DNA of 64,000 nt from an uncultured Clostridium sp. (GTDB lineage Bacteria; Bacillota; Clostridia; TANB77; CAG-508), in the NCBI GenBank assembly GCA_948469315.1, contig CAOKLQ010000002.1:80211-144210 (forward strand), in the 5' to 3' direction. Shown one piece after another: positions 1-10,104 of the stretch. The notes beneath the pieces were generated by a model. It had not been told where the DNA came from. It saw only the letters and a program-made list of their open reading frames with translations, and ran no database searches. A program made the translations under genes and the position numbers. Every line of letters begins with the position of its first letter. Within the stretch, counting starts at the first letter, position 1.

Positions 1-58
1 TTGCCAAAAAAACAACTCTTTTTAATACTTTAGACCAATAATTCATATCTATAACCAT
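1..58 (-). CDS. 5' end of an unidentified gene running off the left edge
   Basis: ATG at 58..56 with an AGGAGG-like SD a few nt upstream. Reads MVIDMNYWSKVLKRVVFLA. Too short to name. Confidence 0.3.
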   Translation of the reverse strand, partial: MVIDMNYWSKVLKRVVFLA

Positions 59-216
59 AACTACCTCCTAATTTTAAAATAGTATATTATATTTTTTTTA
101 TTTTAGCAATATTTTATATATAATTCTTGTCCGATTTTAAACATTAATTAATTATATAATTTTATTCATAAATTTATTCCAGTTTTATGTATTATAAAAT
201 TTTTAATAATAAGATC

Positions 217-236
217 GGGCGATACTATTATCGCCC
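217..236 (-). terminator. hairpin terminator after the CBS gene
   Basis: GGGCGATA-ctat-TATCGCCC stem followed by a T-rich tract on the minus strand. Confidence 0.5.
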
Positions 237-264
237 CTATAATTTATATTTAAGAATAATATAT

Positions 265-708
265 TTAACAACAGTGTTTCTTGTCTCCACAACATATATT
301 TTCTACTGTTTCTCCAACTTCTTGTTTATTTACATTTTGATTCTTAGCTAGATCCCCTAATGATAACATTCCAACTATTTTATTATTTTCATCAACTACT
401 GGGATTCTTCTTATTTGAGATTTACACATGTCATTTTGCGCATCACAAATATCTTGTTCTGGATTGCAACAACATATATCATTACATGTCATAACTTCAC
501 TTAATTTTGTATTTTGTGGATCTTTACCACATGCAACACATCTTAATACTATATCTCTATCTGTAATTATTCCTACTACTTTATCTTCTGAATTACACAC
601 TGGAACACAACCTATATGATTATCATTCATAATTTTTGCACAATCACATACTAAACTTTCTGGAGTACAAATACATGCATCTGAACACATACAATCTTTA
701 ACTTTCAT
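265..708 (-). CDS. CBS-domain pair protein, unusually cysteine-rich
   Basis: 147 aa with CBS signatures GIITDRDIV and IRRIPVVD..VGMLSLGDLA. 20 Cys, including CCC and a C-terminal CCGDKKHCC. Confidence 0.8.
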   Translation of the reverse strand: MKVKDCMCSDACICTPESLVCDCAKIMNDNHIGCVPVCNSEDKVVGIITDRDIVLRCVACGKDPQNTKLSEVMTCNDICCCNPEQDICDAQNDMCKSQIRRIPVVDENNKIVGMLSLGDLAKNQNVNKQEVGETVENICCGDKKHCC

Positions 709-859
709 TTTTTTACCTACCTTTTTTAAATTTTCACATAATTATTTTGTCCAATTTTCAAAAAAATATATGATACATAAAATTTTATTTTTTCCATAAT
801 TTTCAAAAAAATATATAGGTACATAAAGCAACATGTACCTATATATTTATATTATTTTG

Positions 860-1411
860 TTAAAATGGTCTCATTGGTGGACGCATACCTTGAGAACCTC
901 CTCCAAATGGTGGGTAAAACCCTCCTGACCCTTGTGTTGGCCTTGGTGGAGGAGGTGGTGGCATAGGCGGTCTTCCAATTGGTCTGTTTGGTCTACCTCC
1001 TATTAATTCATTTATAAGTAATATTTTTATTAAATCTTTTAGTAAATAGTTATTTGGTCTATTTCTATCTTCTCCACGATTTTCTTTTTTTACATTTGGA
1101 TTAATTACATCTCCATTTTTTAATGGCTTTTGTTCTCCTCCACGATTTTCATTTGTTTCTACACTCATAAAGATTTTCATTGTCATTTCTTCTAAGACTT
1201 CTTGAGTGATTGTTTGATTTGAATACATTTGACATGTAGAAGTTACCATAGGTTTTACTATTCTATAAATTTCAGGATAGCAATTTTCCATTTCTTCATT
1301 ATTTACATTATTTGTTGGTACCATTCTATTATATGTATTTTCGTAAGGTTCTTGCCTATTATATGGGTAACCTAGAACTTCCCTCATGTATTCTTCGTAG
1401 CTATTATACAT
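860..1411 (-). CDS. hypothetical protein with Pro/Gly-rich C-terminus
   Basis: 183-aa ORF with a PPMPPPPPPRP..GGFYPPFGGG tail. Terminator hairpin GGTACAT..ATGTACC just downstream. No family recognised. Confidence 0.5.
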   Translation of the reverse strand: MYNSYEEYMREVLGYPYNRQEPYENTYNRMVPTNNVNNEEMENCYPEIYRIVKPMVTSTCQMYSNQTITQEVLEEMTMKIFMSVETNENRGGEQKPLKNGDVINPNVKKENRGEDRNRPNNYLLKDLIKILLINELIGGRPNRPIGRPPMPPPPPPRPTQGSGGFYPPFGGGSQGMRPPMRPF

Positions 1412-1542
1412 AAAGAAAAACCTCCTAATAAAATATATCTATTTATATTTTATGCAGGTGGTTTTGGAATTGTTACAGTTTATTTAAAAATAAAATTATT
1501 TAGGACGTAGCACGCCACAGCCCTACAATTATTAATTGTTTT

Positions 1543-2943
1543 TTACAATTCGTTAACTAATTTCTTAAACTGTTCTCCCCTATGCGCAAAATTTTTGAAC
1601 ATATCAAAACTTGCACTTGCTGGTGAAAATAAAACTACTTGGTTTGGACTTGCAATTTTCTTTGCTATTGATATTGTTTGTTTTAAATCTTCACATATAT
1701 ATATTGGAATATTTTTATTTTGTAGTTCTAATTCTTCTTTTACATTATCAAATATTTTTGGTGCTGTATCTCCTAATAATACCAATCCTTTTACTTTTTC
1801 TACTATAGGTTTTGCAAGTGGTTTGTAATCTAAATTTTTGTCATATCCTCCTGCTATTAGTATTATTTCTTCTTCAAATGAATTTAATCCTGCAATTGTA
1901 CGAGTTGGGCTTGAACTTACTGAGTCATTATACCATTTAACATTATCTAACTGTCTTATAAATTCTAATCTATGTTCAACACCTTGAAAATTCATAATTG
2001 TTTTTGCTGCTTTTTTTGTATCTACAAATTGCTTAGTTGCAGCAAGTGCTGCACATATGTTTTCATAGTTGTGTATTCCTCTTAAAGCTATTTCTTTTGT
2101 ATTTATAATATGCTTTCTTAATTTATCCATACATTCTTTTATTATTCCATTATCTATAATCCAACCATCTTCTAACTTATTTTTACTACTAAAATATATT
2201 ACTTTTCCATTTGCTTCATTTGCACATTTTTTTGTTTTTTCGTTATCATAATTTAATATTAAACTACATGTTTCATTTTGATATTTAAAAATATTTTTCT
2301 TGCTATTTATATATTCTTCTAAGTCTTTATGTATGTTTAGATGATTTGGAGTGATATTTGTTATTACGCTAACTTCTGGGCTTACATCCATTCCCATTAA
2401 TTGAAAACTACTTAGTTCTAATACAACTATATCTTCTGGTGTAATTCTACTTAAGTTTGTAAATAGTGGTATTCCTATGTTTCCTCCTAAAAAGCAGTTA
2501 TAACCATTTTCTTGCAATATCTTTGATATTAGTGTTGTAGTTGTTGTTTTTCCATCACTTCCAGTAATTCCTATTATTTTACAAGGACACATTTTAATTA
2601 GCATTTCTATTTCAGTTGTAATTAAAGCACCTTTTTCTTCTTCTGCTACTAATTCTGGAGTAGTTGGAAGACAACTTGGTGATCTAAATATAATGTCAAA
2701 TCCTTTTAAATTTGATAATGCATCTTCTCCAAAAAAGTACGTCATAGAGTAATCATTTATTTTTCTGATTATATCTTCTGGAATTTTATTCTTTGTTCTA
2801 TCATCAAAAACTGTAACTTTTGCATTTTTTTCATACATATAATCAAGTAGCGGAATATTGCTTACTCCTAAACCTATTATTGCAATTTTTTTGTTTCTTA
2901 AATATCTTTCGAATTCCACTAATTTTTCATTTATATATTCCAT
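1543..2943 (-). CDS. murD: UDP-N-acetylmuramoylalanine--D-glutamate ligase
   Basis: N-terminal Rossmann motif KIAIIGLGVSN and Mur ligase P-loop GITGSDGKTTTT. Length 466 aa. Confidence 0.9.
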   Translation of the reverse strand: MEYINEKLVEFERYLRNKKIAIIGLGVSNIPLLDYMYEKNAKVTVFDDRTKNKIPEDIIRKINDYSMTYFFGEDALSNLKGFDIIFRSPSCLPTTPELVAEEEKGALITTEIEMLIKMCPCKIIGITGSDGKTTTTTLISKILQENGYNCFLGGNIGIPLFTNLSRITPEDIVVLELSSFQLMGMDVSPEVSVITNITPNHLNIHKDLEEYINSKKNIFKYQNETCSLILNYDNEKTKKCANEANGKVIYFSSKNKLEDGWIIDNGIIKECMDKLRKHIINTKEIALRGIHNYENICAALAATKQFVDTKKAAKTIMNFQGVEHRLEFIRQLDNVKWYNDSVSSSPTRTIAGLNSFEEEIILIAGGYDKNLDYKPLAKPIVEKVKGLVLLGDTAPKIFDNVKEELELQNKNIPIYICEDLKQTISIAKKIASPNQVVLFSPASASFDMFKNFAHRGEQFKKLVNEL

Positions 2944-3046
2944 TTTGTCTCCTTTTTTATCTGAATTTATATATTATTTTTTGATATTGTTTGATATTAT
3001 TTTATTTATATATTAGTATTTGTGCGTGTCGCTCCCTACAATGTTG

Positions 3047-3736
3047 TTATTGCATTATTTCTAATTTTATATTATTAAATATTTTTTGCGCACCTTCTTT
3101 TATAGAACAATTTGTTACATCTATTTTTTGTGTTATATCATAAATTTTATAAAATCCTGATTTTTCTTGCAACTCATCTCTTTTTTTTATATTTTCTCTA
3201 ACTTCTTTTTCATTTAATTCACCATTATATTGTATGCATTTTCTTCTAATACGTTCATCTAAACTAGCATAAATAAAAAAATGATAGTCTACTTCTGGGT
3301 ACATCTTTACTATATCTCTTGAAGATAAAATTACATTATAATTTTGTTTATATGTATCTATTATTTTTTTTCCAAATTTATATAAATTAGTATTGTCTGC
3401 AACATTACTAACTATTGAAACTGCCATTGATGATTTTTCTGATTGCAATTCTTCTTCATTTATCTTTTTATCATTTATATAAATTACAGTTTCCCTATTT
3501 TCTAATTTTATTTGAATACCCAATAGATTTATAATTTTCATTACATCCATATTTTTAGATTCTTTTTTTATTTTATTTAATTGTGTTCCAGAATTCATCA
3601 TTGCATATACAATTGCTCTATATATATTTCCACCATGTAATATTATTGAATTTGGAATATATTTTAATAATTCTCTACATATGGAAGTTTTACCACTTCC
3701 TACTAAACCTTCTATTCCGATTACTAAATTACTCAT
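3047..3736 (-). CDS. cytidylate kinase-like P-loop NTPase
   Basis: GIEGLVGSGKTS Walker A and a GGNIYRAIVYA segment resembling CMP kinases. Confidence 0.6.
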   Translation of the reverse strand: MSNLVIGIEGLVGSGKTSICRELLKYIPNSIILHGGNIYRAIVYAMMNSGTQLNKIKKESKNMDVMKIINLLGIQIKLENRETVIYINDKKINEEELQSEKSSMAVSIVSNVADNTNLYKFGKKIIDTYKQNYNVILSSRDIVKMYPEVDYHFFIYASLDERIRRKCIQYNGELNEKEVRENIKKRDELQEKSGFYKIYDITQKIDVTNCSIKEGAQKIFNNIKLEIMQ

Positions 3737-3889
3737 TTTTTATACTCTTCTTATTAATTTTTATTTATATTATATGTATTTCGAATTTATATGTCAATAT
3801 TTTTATTTTTTGATTTTTTGTATTTTTGTGTATATATTTTTTATTATTGCAAAAAATATAATTGTATTTAGAAATGGAGGTGCTTTTTA

Positions 3890-3991
3890 ATGGCAAAAAA
3901 TAATAAAAAGCAAAATAATAGAAATAATGAAAATAATAATCAAAACCAAAATAATAACAACAATAATAACCAAAATAATAACAATAGATAG
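3890..3991 (+). CDS. 33-aa Asn/Gln-rich micro-ORF (MAKNNKKQNNRNNENNNQNQNNNNNNNQNNNNR)
   Basis: GGAGGTG SD 8 nt before the ATG. Ends just before the bidirectional hairpin at 4033-4052. Not in the supplied ORF track. Confidence 0.3.
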   Translation: MAKNNKKQNNRNNENNNQNQNNNNNNNQNNNNR

Positions 3992-4032
3992 TTATAGAGG
4001 TGTTTAGATACATCCTATTATGTATGAAAATT

Positions 4033-4052
4033 GGGCAGGTCTTGACCTGCCC
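4033..4052. terminator. bidirectional hairpin between the micro-ORF and pnp
   Basis: GGGCAGGT-cttg-ACCTGCCC. Confidence 0.6.
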
Positions 4053-4078
4053 ATACATATTATTGTACATATTTTATA

Positions 4079-6197
4079 TTATTCCTCTGTTTTTGTTTCT
4101 TCTATATCTTTTATACTTAAACTTATTTTCCCTTCATTATCTATTGCAAGTACTTTTACTTTCACTGTTTGTCCTACTTTTAGTACATCTTCTACATTTT
4201 TTATTCTTTCTTTTGAAATTTTTGAAATATGTAAAAGACCTTCTTTTCCTCCACCAAGTTCTATAAATGCTCCAAATGCTGCAATTTTTGTAACTGTTCC
4301 TTCATAAATTTCATTCACTTCTATATCTTTTGCTATATCTTCTATCATTTTTAATGCTTTAGTTGCATTTTCGGCTTCTTGTGAATATATAAATACTCTT
4401 CCATCTTCTTCTATATCTATTTTTACACCTGTTTGATCTATTATCTTGTTAATCATTTTTCCACCTGGTCCTATTACATCTTTTATTTTGTCTACTTTTA
4501 TACTTGTATTTGTAATTTTAGGTGCATATTTTGAAACTTCTTGTCTTGGCTTAGATATTTGTTTTAGCATTATTTCATCTAGTATATATTGTCTTGCTTT
4601 TTTAGTTCTTTCAAATGCCTCTTCTATTATTTTGTATGATAGACCATCTACTTTTATATCAACTTGTATTGCTGTTATCCCTTCTTTTGTTCCTCCAACT
4701 TTAAAGTCCATATCTCCAAAGAAATCTTCTATTCCTTGTATGTCTGTAAGCATTACATAATCATCTGTTCCATTTGGATCTGTAACTAAACCTGTCGAAA
4801 TTCCTGCAACTGGTCTTTTTATTGGAACACCTGCATCCATTAGAGAAAGTGTACTTCCACAAATACTTGCTTGTGATGTTGAACCATTTGAAGATAATAC
4901 TTCTGATACAACTCTTATTGCATAAGGGAATTCATCTACTGATGGTAATACTGGAACTAATGCTTTTTCTGCTAAAGCTCCATGTCCTACTTCTCTTCTT
5001 CCTGGTCCTCTTGAAGGTCTTGCTTCTCCAACACTGTATGATGGGAAATTGTATTGATGCATATATCTTTTTTCAGTTTCTTCATCTATTCCATCTAACA
5101 CTTGTGTTTCACTTGCCATTCCGAGTGTAGTTATTGATAATACTTGTGTTTGTCCTCTTGTAAATAGTGCGCTTCCATGTACTCTTGGAATTAAATTTAC
5201 TTCACAAGATAAAGGTCTTATTTCATCTATTTTTCTTCCATCTGGTCTTTTATGTTCATTATAAATCATTTCTCTTACACATTTTTTTTCTAAATCGTGT
5301 ATGCTTGTAGAAATGTCAGATTGCATCTCCTGTGCTTTTTCTTCTCCATATTTATTAGTAAAATATTCTATTATATCTTGTGTAATTTTATCTATGTTTT
5401 CATCTCTTATTTCTTTATCTACTGCTTGTACATCTTGATACATTCTTTGTTTAAAGTTTTCTTCTATTTCATTATATACATCTTTATCTACTTCAAATGA
5501 TTTATATTCAAATTTTTCTTTTCCTATTTCTTCTTTGATTTTTGAAATAAAATCACATACTTTTTGAATTTCTTTGTGTGCCTCTTTTATTGCATCTAAC
5601 ATAATATCATCTGGAATTTCATCTGCTCCTGCTTCTATCATTGCTATTTTGTCTTTTGTTCCTGCAACTGTAAGTTTTAATCTGCTATTTTGTCTTTGCT
5701 CTAATGTAGGATTTATAACTATTTTATTATCTACATAACCTACATTTACTGCTGCTGTTGGTCCTCCAAATGGTATATCTGATATTGAAAGTGCAGCAGA
5801 TGCTCCTATCATGGCACATACTTCTGGTGAATTATCTTGCTCTACAGATAATACAGTTGCAACAACACATACATCATTTCTAAAATCTTTAGGAAATAGT
5901 GGTCTTAATGGTCTATCTATTGCTCTTGATGTTAATATTGCTTTATCTGCTGGTTTTCCTTCTCTTTTTGAAAAACTTCCTGGTATCTTTCCTACTGAAT
6001 ATAACTTTTCTTCAAAATCTACTGAAAGTGGGAAAAAGTCAATTCCATCTCTTGGCTCTTTAGATGCTGTTACATTTACCATAACAGTAGTATCTCCATA
6101 TTTTACAAGTACACTTCCGATTGGCAAGTTCTGCCATTTTTCCTGTTTCAATTGTTAAATTTCTTCCTGCTAAATCCATTGAATATGTTTTTAACAT
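4079..6197 (-). CDS. pnp: polyribonucleotide nucleotidyltransferase (PNPase); frame interrupted at in-frame CGG 6119..6117
   Basis: ATG at 6197 with AGGAGG SD gives MLKTYSMDLAGRNLTIETGKMAELAN. After a +1 shift it continues GSVLVKYGDTTV... (RNase PH x2, KH, S1), matching the canonical ETGxxAxxANGxV N-terminus. Confidence 0.9.
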
Positions 6198-6244
6198 AAT
6201 TTTTCCTCCTAATAAAAAATATTACACACCTTTTTTTATATTGT

Positions 6245-6350
6245 TGGAATTTTCTCCCAGTGGGAGAAAAGCTCCTTACAAGATAATTATGGGAATTATT
6301 AGAATTTCTTTGCGATTTCCATCGCTTAGAAATTCTTAAAATTCGCTTTT
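6245..6350. repeat. structured dispersed repeat, copy 1 (inverted relative to copy 2 at 59115-59220)
   Basis: 9-bp hairpin 6250-6270, exact 17-mer AGATAATTATGGGAATT at 6281-6297, and 5-bp hairpin GCGAT-ttcc-ATCGC at 6312-6325. Confidence 0.6.
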
Positions 6351-6612
6351 ATAATATTTATTATTAGATGTAACCTCTATAATATGTTTTAATTTTAAAC
6401 ACATTATACAAGATACATTTTCATAATAAATATTATTTTTTTCTTCTAAATAGTTATTATATGTTTTTATTTGTAACTCCCAACTGCGAACAAAATCTAA
6501 AACATTAAGAAATTGAAGTCTAAATTTCTTAATGTATATATTTTGTAACTTGTCGGTCCCCCCGAATTGTTACTACATAAAAAATATAATAACCATTTAT
6601 ATAATAAATAGT

Positions 6613-6633
6613 GGACGTTTTGCTAAAAACGTC
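6613..6633 (-). terminator. rpsO terminator
   Basis: GGACGTTT-tgct-AAAACGTCC followed by a T-rich tract on the minus strand. Confidence 0.6.
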
Positions 6634-6646
6634 CTAATGTATAAAA

Positions 6647-6910
6647 TTATTTTCTTAATCCTAATTTTTCTATAATGTCTCTATATCTTTGAACATCCTT
6701 TTTAGCAAGGTAGTTTAATAAGTTTCTTCTTTTTCCTACCATTTTTAAAAGTCCTCTTCTTGAATGATTATCTTTTTTATGAACTTTTAAATGCTCTGTT
6801 AATTCATTAATCCTTTCAGTAAGAATTGCTACTTGAACTTCTGGAGAACCAGTATCATTTTCTTCTCTTTTATAAGTATTAATAATTTCAGTTTTTCTTT
6901 CTTTTGTCAT
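6647..6910 (-). CDS. rpsO: 30S ribosomal protein S15
   Basis: [49 protein letters not shown] before the ATG at 6910. Confidence 0.95.
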   Translation of the reverse strand: MTKERKTEIINTYKREENDTGSPEVQVAILTERINELTEHLKVHKKDNHSRRGLLKMVGKRRNLLNYLAKKDVQRYRDIIEKLGLRK

Positions 6911-6998
6911 TAAAAACACCTCCTAAATTTTATTATATATGCCTTTATCTGAGCAAAAGATAGGTGTGTTTTATCCTTAAGCTAAGAAAAAGGTATGC

Positions 6999-8093
6999 TT
7001 AAAAACTTTCAAGCATACTTATTTTACTATAATCTTTTAAAAATTGCAAGTAATTTGAAGAATTATTTTTTACATATTCTAGCTCCATCTTACTATTTTC
7101 TCTTTTAGGTATATATTCTATAACATTAACATATTTTTTAGAAATAATTTGACTGTTAATACCTTTTTGCTTTAATTTATTTATAGTAGAATTTGCTAAA
7201 TTCATCTCCTCTATAAGTTTGTTTGTATTTCCTGTTGCTCTTATTGTATATGGTACATCTATACTATTACTATTTACATGCATTGTTTCACCTATTTGTA
7301 CTATATCTGTCATATTTACTATTCTTTGATTATTTACTGAAATTGCTGATGCTCCTCCACTTTTTAGATTATTTATTATTTGCATTAAGTATACTGCTGT
7401 AATTTTATCATTTATTGTTATTTCTATTCCTGAATCATTTATACTTGTTTTTCCTATTAGCTTGTTTGACATAACTATTTTATTTATATCGCTTTTTTCT
7501 TTTTCATATTTTTCAAAAATCTTTCCTCTATATCTAGGTATTTGTATTTGTTCTTTTTCTTCAATATTAACTTCTAATCCAGCTCTTTGTAATACTTCTA
7601 CATATCCTTTATTACGTAATAAAGCAATCTTTAAGTCATTTTTATTTCCTATGGCTTTTATTGTAAATGGTGCTTGCAGCTTTTGGCCATCTACTAATAT
7701 AACATTTCCATCACAATAAATATATGTAGAATTTGTTATACGTTTTTCATTTATTGATATTGCTTCTGCTCCTGCATTTTTTATTTCGTCAAATAGAACA
7801 ACTATGTCTTCTTGATGCGTTATATCACTTCCATCATTTATAGTTAATATAATTCCTTCTCCATAAATATCTGTTATTCCTAATAATATCTCATTTTTTT
7901 CTAATTCTTCTTGTATATCAATTTTTCCAATTACTGAACTATATACTAATTTAAATTTATTTATAAAATCATCAAATGTTCCATTTAAAAAGTTATTTAG
8001 TATAAGCATTACTATTGTTATTATAATTAATATTGATATATTTCTTATTTCTCTTTTGTTTATAGTAATACATCTCCTTGCTTCACAAGACAC
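6999..8093 (-). CDS. DUF881-family membrane protein (two tandem DUF881 modules)
   Basis: Repeated GEGIILTINDG..AGAEAISINEKRI..PFTIKAIGN and SGIEITINDK..GGASAISVNNQRI..PYTIRATGN. The GTG start lies inside a hairpin, so the start is uncertain. Confidence 0.7.
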   Translation of the reverse strand: MSCEARRCITINKREIRNISILIIITIVMLILNNFLNGTFDDFINKFKLVYSSVIGKIDIQEELEKNEILLGITDIYGEGIILTINDGSDITHQEDIVVLFDEIKNAGAEAISINEKRITNSTYIYCDGNVILVDGQKLQAPFTIKAIGNKNDLKIALLRNKGYVEVLQRAGLEVNIEEKEQIQIPRYRGKIFEKYEKEKSDINKIVMSNKLIGKTSINDSGIEITINDKITAVYLMQIINNLKSGGASAISVNNQRIVNMTDIVQIGETMHVNSNSIDVPYTIRATGNTNKLIEEMNLANSTINKLKQKGINSQIISKKYVNVIEYIPKRENSKMELEYVKNNSSNYLQFLKDYSKISMLESF

Positions 8094-8119
8094 GGCTTAG
8101 AAAACCGTGCCTTTATTTT

Positions 8120-9257
8120 TTAATCTCCTAAACAAATTCCTATATTTCTTGCTGTTTTTACTAAATCATGATCCATTGTAACAAGTCTTACATTACTTTG
8201 CTTCGTTCCTCCTTGTACTGCTCCTATTTCTTTATTGTCTCCAACAACTTCTTCTAATGTTACATAGTCTAATTTACCATTTTTTAATACTGTTAATACT
8301 CCAAATTTTTCTTGCATTGCAAGTTCCATTGCTTTTGCTCCATATTTTGTTGAAAGTACTCTATCATAGGATGTTGGTGTTCCTCCTCTTTGCATATAGC
8401 CTAATGTTGTATTTCTTGTTGTAATTCCAGTCAATTCTTGCAACTTACTTGCTACTTTTTCTCCTGCCCCGCCTAGTTGCACATTTATTACACCTTTTCC
8501 TCCATCACGAGTATCTTTTACACTTAAACCGACCACCTTCTGGCATAGCACCTTCTGCAACAACTACTACACTAAAATTTTTACCTATTTTGCGTCTTTT
8601 TTCTATAGCTTGTACTACTTTATTTATATCATAAGGTATTTCAGGAATTAGTGCTACATCTGCTCCTCCTGCTATTGCAGATTCTAGTGCTATCCATCCT
8701 GCATATCTTCCCATAACTTCTAATACCATTATTCTCCCATGTGTTTCTGCTGTTGTATGAAGCCTATCTAATGCTTCTGTTGCAACTGTTACTGCTGTAT
8801 TATAGCCAAATGTAATATCTGTACATGCAACATCATTGTCTATTGTTTTTGGAACTCCTATTACATTTATTCCTCTTATAGAAAAATCTCTTGCAGATTT
8901 TTGTGTACTATCTCCTCCAAGTGTAAATAAGCAGTCAAATCCATCTTCTTTTATGTTTTGAACACATTTTTCTGACAGATCTTTATATAGTGTTTTCCCA
9001 TTTTCTTCTACTTTATAATTAAATACATTTGCATTTAATGATGAACCTATTATTGATCCTCCTTTGTGTAATATTCCAGATGCAGTATTTGCTGTACTTA
9101 GTTTTACATACTCATTTTTTAGCAAACCATTATATCCATCTATAAATCCATAACATTCTACACCTTTATTTTCTGCTGTTTTTACTATTGCTCTTATTAC
9201 TGCATTAAATCCTGATACATCTCCACCATTTGCTAAAATTGCAACCTTTCTTATCAT
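8120..9257 (-). CDS. pfkA: 6-phosphofructokinase; frame interrupted at in-frame CGG 8531..8529
   Basis: N-terminal part has GGDVSGFNA, GGDST, PKTIDND and MGRYAGW. The C-terminal part (LGYMQRGG) is in the +1 frame. Junction reads ..AEGAMPEGG|GLSVKDTRDGG. Confidence 0.9.
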
Positions 9258-9310
9258 TTAATACCTCCTAAAAATTATATTTTCTTAAAAACATTTATTT
9301 ATAAAAAAAT

Positions 9311-9473
9311 AATAATAATTTTAGAAAAATTTTGATTGAAAGTAATCGAATTAGAAATTGTTGCAGTAATTTAGGGAAAATGTTCAAACTTGCTTTGAAA
9401 GGGTGCCCTAAATTTCAATTACAATTTCTTATGAGATTAGCTTGAACGATAAATTTTGAAAAAATTCATTATT
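9311..9473. repeat. about 160-nt imperfect long palindrome in the trmL-pfkA spacer
   Basis: Arms around 9311-9376 and 9406-9473. The inner stem AGAAATTGT..AATTTAGGG pairs with CCCTAAATT..ACAATTTCT. Confidence 0.45.
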
Positions 9474-9489
9474 ATTTTTTATTATACTA

Positions 9490-9987
9490 TTATAATAACT
9501 TATTACTAATTTCTTTTAAATTTTTAAAATCATTTTGCCTTAATATTTCATATGTAAGAATAGCGACTGTATTTGATAAATTTAAACATCTTATTCCATC
9601 TATCATTGGTATTCTTATTGTTTTTTCTAAATATTTTTTCATTATATCTTCCGATATGCCTTTTGTTTCTTTTCCAAATAGTATAAATACCTCTTCCATT
9701 TTACTGTAATTTATGTCTGTATATTTATGTATTCCTTTTGATGTTACAAAAAACATATTATTTTCTAAAGGGCTATATTTATTTAAAAATTCATTAAATG
9801 ATATATGTTCTTCTATTTGCATTTTGTCCCAATAATCTAAACCAGCTCTTTTTAAATATTTATCATTTATTTGAAATCCATATGGTCTTACTAAATGTAA
9901 TTTAGCACCTGTTGCAGCACATGTTCTTACTATATTTCCTGTATTTTGTGGTATTTCTGGCTCAACTAATACTACATTTATCTTCAA
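9490..9987 (-). CDS. trmL: tRNA (cytidine/uridine-2'-O)-methyltransferase, SpoU/TrmL family
   Basis: VVLVEPEIPQNTGNIVRTCAATGAKLHLV and a C-terminal SLNLSNTVAI-type knot motif. Confidence 0.85.
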   Translation of the reverse strand: MKINVVLVEPEIPQNTGNIVRTCAATGAKLHLVRPYGFQINDKYLKRAGLDYWDKMQIEEHISFNEFLNKYSPLENNMFFVTSKGIHKYTDINYSKMEEVFILFGKETKGISEDIMKKYLEKTIRIPMIDGIRCLNLSNTVAILTYEILRQNDFKNLKEISNKLL

Positions 9988-10104
9988 TTTATTATTCCTC
10001 CTAATTTGAATAATTATATCAATAAATAAAAATATTGCAATAAAATTTTATAAAATATTTTATATGCTTAAAAAAGAAGCAAACCCAAAGCTTGCCTCTG
10101 CTAA

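Noticed and set aside
129-135. A TCCGA occurrence at 131-135 in the first intergenic region, examined as a possible further instance of the break-site motif.
   Set aside because: It is non-coding, so no frame can be assessed. TCGGA also occurs harmlessly in frame positions 2-3|1 in several genes, so the motif alone is not diagnostic.
3765-4070. 101-aa Tyr/Phe-rich minus-strand ORF.
   Set aside because: It is the antisense shadow of the AAT-repeat micro-ORF. Its start lies inside the terminator hairpin and it has no SD.
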